NCBI GenBank assembly: GCA_965223255.1
Contig: CBDCWA010000004.1
Span: forward strand, 1,611,514 to 1,675,513
DNA: 64,000 bases
Source of the DNA: Hyphomicrobiaceae bacterium
GTDB taxonomy: Bacteria; Pseudomonadota; Alphaproteobacteria; Rhizobiales; Hyphomicrobiaceae
Direction of reading: 5' to 3'
Of the stretch, positions 1-8,220 are shown one piece after another. Both the position numbers and the translations under genes were made by a program. Positions within the stretch are counted from its first letter, which is position 1. Every line of letters starts with the position of its first letter. The notes beneath the pieces are model-generated. The model ran no database searches, was not told the DNA's origin, and saw only the letters and a program-made list of their open reading frames with translations.

Positions 1-273
1 TTTCTAATGAAGGCCGCTTTCAAAAGGGGCCGGTGCTTCCGACGTCATTCTTCGAGGTCGCACTTACTCGTTTCAATGTCCGCAGCAGCTCTTGGGCGTG
101 TCAAAAGGTCATGATGCGACGGCATTAGGCTGATGGTTCAAAGTCTGCTTTGCCCCTGGCAGCAGCCCCGATGTTCACAACTTTACGGATTCTCTTCGGC
201 ATCAGACATCAAAGTGGTTGAGCCAATAGGGCGCATGGGGCATCTTGGATGAGTGTCAAACAAGTGAGCAGCC

Positions 274-1101
274 GTGAGAAGTTTCATTTCGATCATCGGC
301 ATAGGGGCCGTGGCTTATGGTCTAGTGCTCGTGTTCTTGTTCATTACTCAGTCGCGACTGATCTACTTTCCGAGCGTTCCGTCACGTGCACTTGATACAA
401 CGCCCAAAAGCATCGGTCTCGATTATGAAAATGTCAAAATAGTCACCGAAGATGGTCTCAGGCTCGACGCCTGGTATGTGCCGGCACGAAAAATGCGTGG
501 CTTCCTATTGTTCTTTCATGGCAATGCAGGCAACATTTCGCATCGGCTCGACTCACTAAAGATCTTCCATGACATAGGTCTGTCCACCCTGATAATCGAT
601 TATCGTGGCTATGGTCGAAGCGAGGGCAAACCTTCCGAGCAAGGTACCTATCGCGATGCCGAGGCCGCATGGCGATATCTTACGAAACAGCGGGGTGTCC
701 CCGCCTCACGTATTGTACTTTTTGGACGTTCTCTGGGTGCAGCCGTCGCAACCTATCTCGCAACCCGAAAGGCACCTGCCGCGCTGATTATTGAAAGCGG
801 CTTCGTGTCCGTGCCGGAGCTAGGCGCTCAGATCTATCCTTGGCTTCCGGTGAGGTGGCTCGCACGGTTTAAGTATCCGACCGGCGAATATCTTAAGACG
901 GTATCTGTCCCTGTATTAATCGTTCATGGCCGCGATGATGAGATCATTCCATTTACGCACGGCAGATCGCTCTTTGAACGCGCACGCAGGCCAAAAGAGT
1001 TCCTAGAGCTGCGGGGCGGTCATAATGATGGCTTCCTTGTCAGTGGCAGGCGCTATGTGAACGGGCTAGATGCCTTTATCGCCTCAGTGCTGGGCAAATG
1101 A
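274..1101 (+). CDS. alpha/beta-fold serine hydrolase with N-terminal membrane helix (BEM46/ABHD13-like)
   Basis: 275-aa ORF. It has an N-terminal hydrophobic helix, an HGNAGN motif, a GRSLG nucleophile elbow (GxSxG) and late acid/His residues (HGRDD, GGHND). Confidence 0.8.
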   Translation: MRSFISIIGIGAVAYGLVLVFLFITQSRLIYFPSVPSRALDTTPKSIGLDYENVKIVTEDGLRLDAWYVPARKMRGFLLFFHGNAGNISHRLDSLKIFHDIGLSTLIIDYRGYGRSEGKPSEQGTYRDAEAAWRYLTKQRGVPASRIVLFGRSLGAAVATYLATRKAPAALIIESGFVSVPELGAQIYPWLPVRWLARFKYPTGEYLKTVSVPVLIVHGRDDEIIPFTHGRSLFERARRPKEFLELRGGHNDGFLVSGRRYVNGLDAFIASVLGK

Positions 1102-1493
1102 ACCCATCAGCGATGACGTTGGCTTGAGTGGGGTCGAGATTGCCTTGGCGATCCGGCACTGACCGCAAAACCTCTCTCCGTCAGACATCAATGACAAAAA
1201 GCAGGACCTCCTTGCTGCTCGATTGACAGGACTGTGTTTGATCAGATCGGTCTACTGCGTGAACCACACATTTTGGCCATCTAGCGATGATCCCGGCTGA
1301 CAATTGAACGACCGTATTTCCTTACAGCGAGCCAAGGCACAGATTCATTCTCGCACCATCCGAATTTCATACAATGAATGGACTTGGCCTGGCGCTTGAC
1401 TGGCATCCGGTCATGTTTTTGATCCATACTCGCTTCTTGGTGAGGCTTTCTAATCTGTGGTTGCCATGCTGCCGTAGCAAAGGAGTGCTCCAC

Positions 1494-2120
1494 ATGACTG
1501 CAAGACGTATCGTATTGTTGGGTGACTCGATCATCGACAACGGCCCGTATGTCCTTCCCGGTCAGCCGGACGTTGCACAACAGTTGGCGACCCTGCTGCC
1601 AGAAGATGACATCGAGAAGCGTGCGCTAGATGGGGCGGTCTGTGCCGATGTGCTCCGCGATCAGACGACCGGACTTCGGCCAGACGATCGCGTAGTATTG
1701 AGCGTCGGGGGCAACGATGCTCTCTCCCACATTGACTTGATCTACTCTCCATCCGACACCGACACCAGAAGCTTTCTTGCTGGCCTTTGGCAAATACGAG
1801 AAACTTTTCGAAACGGCTATGCCTCGCTTCTCGATGTGCTCAATCATCCAGCCCATCGCGTCCTGGTCCTAACGATCTACAATCCGAGCTTTGTGGCCAT
1901 TGGAATGGAGGAGACTGACCAACAGGCCGCCGAAGGCGCGTTGTCGATTTACAACGATGTGATCCAGCAGGAGGCACTTCGGCGTAACCTTGAGTTACTT
2001 GACCTGCGCGCTCTGTTCAGTGACATCGAAGACTATGCCAATCCAGTCGAGCCCTCGGCAATTGGCGGCTTGAAGCTCGCAGCCGCCATTCGCGATTGGG
2101 CAAAAAATTCAAATTTCTGA
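1494..2120 (+). CDS. SGNH/GDSL-family hydrolase
   Basis: The track ORF is 1374..2120. I prefer the internal ATG at 1494 because AAGGAG lies about 8 nt upstream. The N-terminus LLGDSIIDNG is a block I GDS motif, and GGNDA is block III. Confidence 0.7.
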   Translation: MTARRIVLLGDSIIDNGPYVLPGQPDVAQQLATLLPEDDIEKRALDGAVCADVLRDQTTGLRPDDRVVLSVGGNDALSHIDLIYSPSDTDTRSFLAGLWQIRETFRNGYASLLDVLNHPAHRVLVLTIYNPSFVAIGMEETDQQAAEGALSIYNDVIQQEALRRNLELLDLRALFSDIEDYANPVEPSAIGGLKLAAAIRDWAKNSNF

Positions 2121-2352
2121 GCAGATTCTATCGCTGGGTGTTTGGATGGTTCTCATAAATCAAGCGATTTATAGACCATCATTGACGAATTCGAGCGACT
2201 GTCTGACAAATTCATGACGGCATTGCCCCTGACAGCTGAACATTGCCCGCTTTCCACCTAACTCTCCGCTGTGCCCGTGAGAGCGGCTACTACCCAGCGT
2301 TGGGTCGATGTCAGTGTAGGACTAAAATTACAAGACGCAGCAAGCACATCAA

Positions 2353-2724
2353 TTACAGCAAAGCCCAGGCCGCAATGTGAAGCGCGCCCAAGACGCCGGC
2401 CAAACAGATTAGCAGCCATGAGCTTAAATCATTGTATTCATACGCTGGATGGTTTCGGAGCAACCAGGTCAATCCCACGTGAATTATTGCAAATGCCGAC
2501 AATCCGATTGCAAAGACTGATCCTGCACCGAACTGTGAAAGCCAAAGCACCAAGAAAACAAACGGTAGGTGCATCCAGATAAAGATTTGTTCGCCAACGT
2601 CGTCTGGTAGATTCTGTAAGATGGGCAAAATCCGCCATTCATGATTCTTTATGGCATCTAATTCATGCGTTAGGAGTGCCGACACCATCAACCAATAGAA
2701 AACCTCTATCATCGCCATCTCCAT
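2353..2724 (-). CDS. small integral membrane protein, function unknown
   Basis: 123-aa ORF with about four hydrophobic helices. I recognised no catalytic motif. Confidence 0.5.
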   Translation of the reverse strand: MEMAMIEVFYWLMVSALLTHELDAIKNHEWRILPILQNLPDDVGEQIFIWMHLPFVFLVLWLSQFGAGSVFAIGLSAFAIIHVGLTWLLRNHPAYEYNDLSSWLLICLAGVLGALHIAAWALL

Positions 2725-2882
2725 ATAAATAAACGTGATATTGCTACCAGAACGCTACCTCGCAATTCATCGCTCCGATCAGTGGCAAATTGGCACTTCA
2801 TTTTCGTACTACGGCTGATTGGAGTCCTGTTTTGGAATACGCTACAAGTATGCACGTGAAATTGTAGCGACCACCAAGGATC

Positions 2883-3683
2883 ATGAGGCGACGGCAGCAT
2901 GCTCAAGCTATGCGACCATTAGCTGAGGTACCCTTTTTGACTGCCAGTCAAAATGTTCCAAAGGATACGGTCATTGTGAATATTCATTGCGCACTCAATA
3001 AATTGTTGTGCATTGTAGGCGACGCTAAAGATTACTTCATAAGCGGCTCGCTCTCATTCCTACCGTTACTCCCGGACTATCGCGAGCCGATCCATGACGT
3101 AGATGTCGCAATATCGATTGAACTCTTCCAACAGCGTAAAGCTGAATTTGAGGCGGCGGGTCAGCCGCGCGTACTGCGGATATCAGAAATTGCCATAGCG
3201 AAGGAGTCCTTACTCGCCGGTCTTCCGACACCCAAAACAAAGTTCGTGCATGTCGAGACGAACAACGGACTTATCGACATTGCGCAATACCAGCCGAGAA
3301 AGGAAAGTATCGAGCTATTCTTCGGTTGTGGCCTAACACTACGTGTCCCCAACTCAATTCTGGAGCGGGTTCGCTTGCTGGATTGGAAAGGTTTGAACTA
3401 TCGAGCCGGGCCACCCGAACTGGCGCTCTTGCCGAAAATGCTCTGTTACCACGATTGGAAGACGAGAGGGACCAAACTCAATCGCGAACAGAAAAAACAC
3501 CTTGCCGATCTTAAGAATGCATTGTCACTTGTGGACTGGCAGTTCTCTGAAATGTTAATCGCTGCGGCGGAATTTCGATACTTGGGACGCCGCTTACCTA
3601 ATGCGCTAGATCGGCAATTGAACCCATTTCGGCGGCTTCAAGTTGCGAGAATGAAAGAGGAGCTTAAGGGATTGACGCTCTAA
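2883..3683 (+). CDS. hypothetical protein (possible nucleotidyltransferase-fold protein)
   Basis: 266-aa ORF. The segment GSLSF...HDVDVAI resembles a GS...DxD nucleotidyltransferase signature. This is weak, and the start is uncertain. Confidence 0.4.
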   Translation: MRRRQHAQAMRPLAEVPFLTASQNVPKDTVIVNIHCALNKLLCIVGDAKDYFISGSLSFLPLLPDYREPIHDVDVAISIELFQQRKAEFEAAGQPRVLRISEIAIAKESLLAGLPTPKTKFVHVETNNGLIDIAQYQPRKESIELFFGCGLTLRVPNSILERVRLLDWKGLNYRAGPPELALLPKMLCYHDWKTRGTKLNREQKKHLADLKNALSLVDWQFSEMLIAAAEFRYLGRRLPNALDRQLNPFRRLQVARMKEELKGLTL

Positions 3684-4079
3684 CAGGCCGCAAGAGCAAA
3701 AGTGTTTGCGCATATTTGAGACCATTGCGCCGGACATAGGTAATCATTTTGGCTTCTCCGTTGAAAACTATGCAGAAAGGCCATGACTAAGAAGCCAAGT
3801 GCTGTGTATTCGAATGTCAATCGCGAACCTTGGAAAAAGGGCAAGTTGATCGTTGCGAAGCGAGCGACCAGACAGTCGCACGAGTAACAGGCACTGCTAT
3901 CTGAGGGACAATTAGTGGGTGTTGAGCCCCCAGACCTTGCCCCGTCTAGCCAGGGAGGTCGTTCAAAAGTTGATGCGACCATTAAAGTGATCACGAATCG
4001 TTTACTTTGAGCTTCTTGCTTCGCTGACCGAAAATACTTTGCACGTGATGCAGAATGGGATAGCGCTAGCCGGAGCGCA

Positions 4080-4787
4080 TTGGTTGATGTGAGGTTGCTT
4101 GTGAGACGCTTACTGCTGGTCGCTCTATCTGTTCTGGCCGTAGCTGGTGTAGTCTATTGGGCGATCGATTCAAATGGACTACAGCGAAGCGCCGTTATAG
4201 AGGATCCGGTCAAGAACTTAGATCGAACGGGGCTGTCAGTCGCAACGTTTGCAGGCGGGTGTTTTTGGTGTGTCGAAGCAGCTTTCGAGGCCGTGCCGGG
4301 CGTTCGCGCGGCAGTATCCGGCTATTCTGGTGGTGTTATTAAGAATCCGACATACAAAATGGTCACGCGCGGCCTGACTAAGCACGCGGAGTCGGTGCAA
4401 GTCTATTACGACCCAACGATAATAACATATAAAGGGTTACTGCAGGTGCTATGGCGCAGCTCTGATCCTACAGACGATCGGGGCCAGTTTTCTGACAGGG
4501 GCAGCCACTACCGGCCAATCATTTTCTATCACGATAAAGAACAGCAGCGCATAGCCATTCGTGCACGTGACGAACTCTCAAAATCTGGACGTTTCAGCAA
4601 ACCGATCAAGGTCGAGATCGTCGCATTCAAAGCATTCTATCCAGCCGAAGCCTATCACCAGGATTATTATCGGAAGAACCCGGGTTACTACCAGATTTAT
4701 AATATAGGGTCAGGCCGGGTCGATTTTCTGACCAAAACATGGGGCGATGATCTCAAGGTCGACTATGCTAAATACCGACCCCAATGA
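4080..4787 (+). CDS. msrA: peptide-methionine (S)-S-oxide reductase MsrA with N-terminal transmembrane anchor
   Basis: It carries the catalytic GGCFWCVEAAFE motif, YHQDYY and overall MsrA collinearity. The first ~30 aa (LLVRRLLLVALSVLAVAGVVYWAI) form a hydrophobic anchor. The start is a non-ATG codon (TTG). Confidence 0.9.
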   Translation: MVDVRLLVRRLLLVALSVLAVAGVVYWAIDSNGLQRSAVIEDPVKNLDRTGLSVATFAGGCFWCVEAAFEAVPGVRAAVSGYSGGVIKNPTYKMVTRGLTKHAESVQVYYDPTIITYKGLLQVLWRSSDPTDDRGQFSDRGSHYRPIIFYHDKEQQRIAIRARDELSKSGRFSKPIKVEIVAFKAFYPAEAYHQDYYRKNPGYYQIYNIGSGRVDFLTKTWGDDLKVDYAKYRPQ

Positions 4788-5147
4788 AATCAGCTAACAG
4801 ATTTCCACCTTTCCCTACGACACGGATTATCAAGGAACGTGGCGCCAATGGATGTGGCGAACAAACGTAACTTGACCAGGTCTCTATTGTTCCGATCGGC
4901 GATCAATCTCGCGCGGCTTTTTTCTTGCACCATTGAAATGCCCCGCCGGCTTTGCGCAGAAATGCGGTCGGACACCGCCCCATATGACAGCGTTTGCCGC
5001 TGTATTGGCTGAACAATTCCGCCTGCAGACCGAGCGCGCTGGCTGCAAGTATATCGTAACGGCCGGTTCTTGGGTGGCACACATATTGCAACAAAATGGT
5101 GGTCTTAACGTAAACCGCTAAGTTAACTGAAAGCTTTGGAGGACGAG

Positions 5148-5618
5148 ATGGGAACATGGTTGATTGATCGCCGCTTGCTGGGGGTTGTCCTTGCCAGCCT
5201 GGTATTGTTGGTCGTGCCTGGTATGAGCGCGCAGGCTAAAAATGAGGCGATGGCCTCTTACCGGGCTTCTATTATGCAGAGTCTGAATGGGCACGTTGCG
5301 GCCATCGGCGCGATTGTCGATGAAAAGGTCGCCTTTAGGCATCACCTCCTTGATCACGCGGTCGCAATCGTTGGCACAAGCCGCGGTTTGCTGGAAATTT
5401 TCCCCGAGAAGGTAAAGAAAAAGACCGCTGAAAAATCCAAGGCGAATGGCAAGAAGTCAAAGTCTTCTCCTTCCTTCGAGGCTCTGGCTACGGAATTCAA
5501 TCTGGCGGCTGCACATTTGGTTCAGGTGATTCCATCGGGGAACAAGGCAGCCATCAAACAACACTTTGCAAAACTGAAAACAGTGTACGGAAAGCTTCAG
5601 GAGCAAACGAAGAAATAG
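5148..5618 (+). CDS. secreted helical protein (four-helix-bundle / cytochrome b562-like guess), Lys-rich insert
   Basis: GGAGGA lies 5-6 nt upstream of the ATG at 5148. The signal peptide ends in SAQA. Helical heptad-like content is present and there is no CxxCH. The function is not established. Confidence 0.55.
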   Translation: MGTWLIDRRLLGVVLASLVLLVVPGMSAQAKNEAMASYRASIMQSLNGHVAAIGAIVDEKVAFRHHLLDHAVAIVGTSRGLLEIFPEKVKKKTAEKSKANGKKSKSSPSFEALATEFNLAAAHLVQVIPSGNKAAIKQHFAKLKTVYGKLQEQTKK

Positions 5619-6305
5619 GTACCCGCCAAGAGCGATGCAAAGTAGTTTCAAAGCCGATCAGGCCAAGGGACCCTACCCTTGGCCTGCCAAAATGTCGGAG
5701 TAGATTTATTGTGGGTAGAGGAATCCGTGCCGGCGAAGCTGGTAAGAACGCGGGCTGCGACAAGCCTGCAATGGAGTTGAAGCAGCTGGACACAAAGCCA
5801 GTCAATTTATCGGATCAGGCGCAGTCGCAGATTAACTTTGTCCACTCTGACAAACAACAAACAAGTGGCACGGCGGACCAATGCGTGCCGTCGCATCAAC
5901 ACAAGCTGAGCATTTAATTCCCATGGTCAACGAGCGCTTTCGAAGGGCGCTTCCATTGTGTGGCGCAGGTGTCCGATTGCTTGATTGACCGGAGCCCCAT
6001 GCGTTCCATGGGTGTGATTCAACAGCTGACAACTAACATAGATAACATAGACGAATTTTTGCCTATTCGGCTCAAGTATCCGACATGCATGGGTTTTGCC
6101 AATTTGTCAGATGTAGGCCGCCCAACCTACGCATTGATAAATAATGTGAAAGTGCGGAGGTGGCCTGATATTTCCAAGTGCACCCAGACAAGATGGCAGC
6201 ATAGCTGCCACATCTGGCCGGTGTTGCTTGAGGCCGGAGTGGCTATTGTCTTGAATTTCCGGAAAAACCGAAGTTTTCCATTGCGAATCAATCAGTTGTA
6301 GCTTC

Positions 6306-6321
6306 TGGCACAGTCCTTGCA
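6306..6321 (+). promoter_or_regulatory. sigma-54 (-24/-12) promoter TGGCAC-AGTCC-TTGCA
   Basis: This is an exact match to the TGGCAC-N5-TTGCW consensus. It lies ~180 nt upstream of the Gly-Met-X gene and on the same strand. A sigma-54 activator is encoded in the same module. Confidence 0.8.
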
Positions 6322-6498
6322 AGCGGTTAATAGAACGTGATGCATTGGGAACGTTTTGTGAGGCCAGGACGCACAGCTGGGGGGTCTCATGTTCTGTAGT
6401 CAGTCAAGAGGCATCGGATTCGCCGCGGTTGTGAAGACGTGCCGCCAACCGAAGGAGCAGGATTAGCAATGGTAACGTTTCAAAAGGAGTTTGGTCGA

Positions 6499-7425
6499 AT
6501 GCGTGGCTACATGGCCGCGGCCGCGGTTATTGCAGCGGGCGTAATAACGGGTATGAGCAGCTCGGAAAGTACCGCGCAGGGCATGCGTGGCATGTACGGA
6601 ATGCCGGGTATGTACGGCATGGGCGGCATGCGCGGCATGCCTGGTATGGGCGGTATGTACGGCATGGGCGGCATGCGCGGCATGTACGGCATGGGTGGTA
6701 TGCGCGGCATGTACGGCATGGGCGGCGTGCGCGGCATGTACGGCATGGGTGGTATGCGAGGTCCAGCCGGCAGGTGGACTTGGGTGTGGGTGCCAGCTCC
6801 TACAAGCAGAATGAGAGGCATGTACGGTATGTACGGAATGCCGGGCATGTACGGCATGGGTGGCATGCGTGGTATGTACGGCATGTACGGAATGCCGGGT
6901 ATGTACGGCATGGGTGGCATGCGCGGTATGTACGGCATGGGCGGCATGCGCGGTATGTACGGTATGCGGGGCATGCCGGGCATGTACGGCATGGGCGGCA
7001 TGCGCGGTATGTACGGCATGGGCGGCATGCGCGGTATGTACGGTATGCGGGGCATGCCGGGCATGTATGGCATGTATGGAATGCCGGGCATGTACGGCAT
7101 GGGCGGCATGCGCGGTATGTATGGCATGGGCGGTATGCGCGGTATGTACGGTATGCGTGGCATGCCCGGTATGGGTGGCATGTACGGCATGTACGGAATG
7201 CCGGGCTTGTACGGCATGGGCGGCATGCGCGGCATGCGCGGTATGTACGGCATGGGCGGCATGGGCGGTATGTACGGCATGCGCGGAATGCCAGGTATGG
7301 GCGGCATGTATGGCATGCGCGGCATGCCGGGTATGGGCGGTATGCGTGGCATGCCCGGAACGCGAAGCTGGGCTCCTCCGCAACCACCGCAGACTCCGCC
7401 ACCGGCGCAGAAGAAGCCGAGCTAA
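6499..7425 (+). CDS. secreted hyper-methionine (Gly-Met-X)n repeat protein, collagen-like Gly periodicity
   Basis: The track ORF is 6439..7425. I prefer the ATG at 6499 because AAGGAG lies 9 nt upstream; ATG 6469 is an alternative. The signal peptide is MRGYMAAAAVIAAGVITGMSSSESTA/QG. After it come 20 and then 60 G-M-X triplets, followed by a Pro-rich tail. The gene shares strand and operon context with the downstream genes. Confidence 0.7.
   Translation: MRGYMAAAAVIAAGVITGMSSSESTAQGMRGMYGMPGMYGMGGMRGMPGMGGMYGMGGMRGMYGMGGMRGMYGMGGVRGMYGMGGMRGPAGRWTWVWVPAPTSRMRGMYGMYGMPGMYGMGGMRGMYGMYGMPGMYGMGGMRGMYGMGGMRGMYGMRGMPGMYGMGGMRGMYGMGGMRGMYGMRGMPGMYGMYGMPGMYGMGGMRGMYGMGGMRGMYGMRGMPGMGGMYGMYGMPGLYGMGGMRGMRGMYGMGGMGGMYGMRGMPGMGGMYGMRGMPGMGGMRGMPGTRSWAPPQPPQTPPPAQKKPS
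6580..6759 (+). repeat. coding tandem repeat block 1: 20 x 9-nt GGN-ATG-NNN triplet units
   Basis: Hand parse gives GMR GMY GMP GMY GMG GMR GMP GMG GMY GMG GMR GMY GMG GMR GMY GMG GVR GMY GMG GMR. Confidence 0.9.
6817..7356 (+). repeat. coding tandem repeat block 2: 60 x G-M-X units with a higher-order 9-triplet (81-nt) unit
   Basis: 59 of the 60 triplets have Met at position 2 (the exception is GLY). The unit GMG GMR GMY GMG GMR GMY GMR GMP GMY recurs at 6907, 6988 and, as a variant, 7096. Confidence 0.9.
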
Positions 7426-7629
7426 GAGGGCATGGATTTTATGTGATGACAATGTGGGTGCCGGTGGGCAAAGACAGTGCACGCGCACAATGCCCCACCG
7501 GCCTCCGCAAAAACAACCCATCGCATCGTTTCGCTCGTCAACTAACAGCAGTCAAAATCACTTATACCGTGAACCGTTGATTTGATTTTGGGTGCGGTGA
7601 GATTTTCAGAATCTGTGCGGGGGAGGTGA

Positions 7630-8220
7630 ATGTCAGACAGTACTGAGAGCTACAGCGAGGCTGAAGCGTCGTCTCCAATAGAAGAGGCGCGAGCGAAGCC
7701 TATGAAACGAGAAGCATTCAACCAAATTGCTCCGTTTCTTGTCGCTGTCGCAGTCACCGCAGGCATTATAATGGTCTCCGTGGGGGTATCGAAAAAGCAG
7801 CCGGAGCTCGAGCCAGGTCCAAGCAAAGACATCGGCCGACCTGCGGCTCCGCTGTCAAGCGCGAAAGTGCCCGCCGCAAAAGGGCCGGCCGCCACTGCAC
7901 CAAAAGATCCGCAAGTGAGAACGACACCACCAAAGGAGACGGCTTCCCGGCCCTCGAAAGTAGAACCAGTAAAATCCGAATCATCATCGACTGTTAAGAG
8001 TCTTTTTGTCGGCGGTGCAGCACCGAGTAGACGTCCCTCTGATGCTCCGTCGATCAAAGACCTTGCAAAGGACGCCGATTGGTATGCGCGTGCACTTACC
8101 GGCCTCGCAAAGCCCTACCCGCGCAGCTTCAAGTTTTTGGAAGACCAAGGTGCTTGGTATACGCCCTTCAACAAGCGCGGAATGACTGGCCCTTACGACA
8201 TTAGGAGTTGGCATGAATAA
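7630..8220 (+). CDS. single-pass membrane protein with Pro/Ala/Ser/Lys-rich linker and conserved C-terminal module (unassigned)
   Basis: GGGAGG sits upstream of the ATG. The protein has an acidic N-terminus, one TM helix (IAPFLVAVAVTAGIIMVSVGV), a low-complexity linker and a C-terminal ~70 aa paralogous to the C-terminus of the next gene. Confidence 0.7.
   Translation: MSDSTESYSEAEASSPIEEARAKPMKREAFNQIAPFLVAVAVTAGIIMVSVGVSKKQPELEPGPSKDIGRPAAPLSSAKVPAAKGPAATAPKDPQVRTTPPKETASRPSKVEPVKSESSSTVKSLFVGGAAPSRRPSDAPSIKDLAKDADWYARALTGLAKPYPRSFKFLEDQGAWYTPFNKRGMTGPYDIRSWHE

Noticed and set aside
3680-3994. 104-aa minus-strand ORF.
   Set aside because: I saw no RBS or motif. The composition looks non-coding, and the ORF abuts the end of the 2883..3683 gene.
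6286-6298. IHF consensus match treated as a confident site.
   Set aside because: The sequence fits WATCAANNNNTTR, but it ends only 8 nt from the -24 element, closer than usual. I kept it only as a remark within the promoter finding.
6580-7356. Possible CRISPR array or non-coding satellite.
   Set aside because: The unit is 9 nt with strict codon phase (GGN-ATG-NNN). There are no spacers, and the repeats sit inside an ORF that has a signal peptide and a distinct tail.
7456-7473. Weak sigma-54-like GG-N10-GC match (GGGCAA-AGACA-GTGCA) upstream of the 7630 gene.
   Set aside because: Only the GG and GC dinucleotides match, and the flanking consensus positions do not. The site also overlaps the left arm of the hairpin at 7460.
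6463-7585. Several long ORFs on other frames and on the opposite strand across the repeat (for example 6463..7521 minus, 352 aa; 6507..7352 minus; 6774..7580 plus; 6860..7585 plus).
   Set aside because: They are open only because the 9-nt repeat contains no stop codon in any frame. They lack a signal peptide, an RBS and a non-repetitive start or end. The frame I chose has all of these and matches the operon strand.
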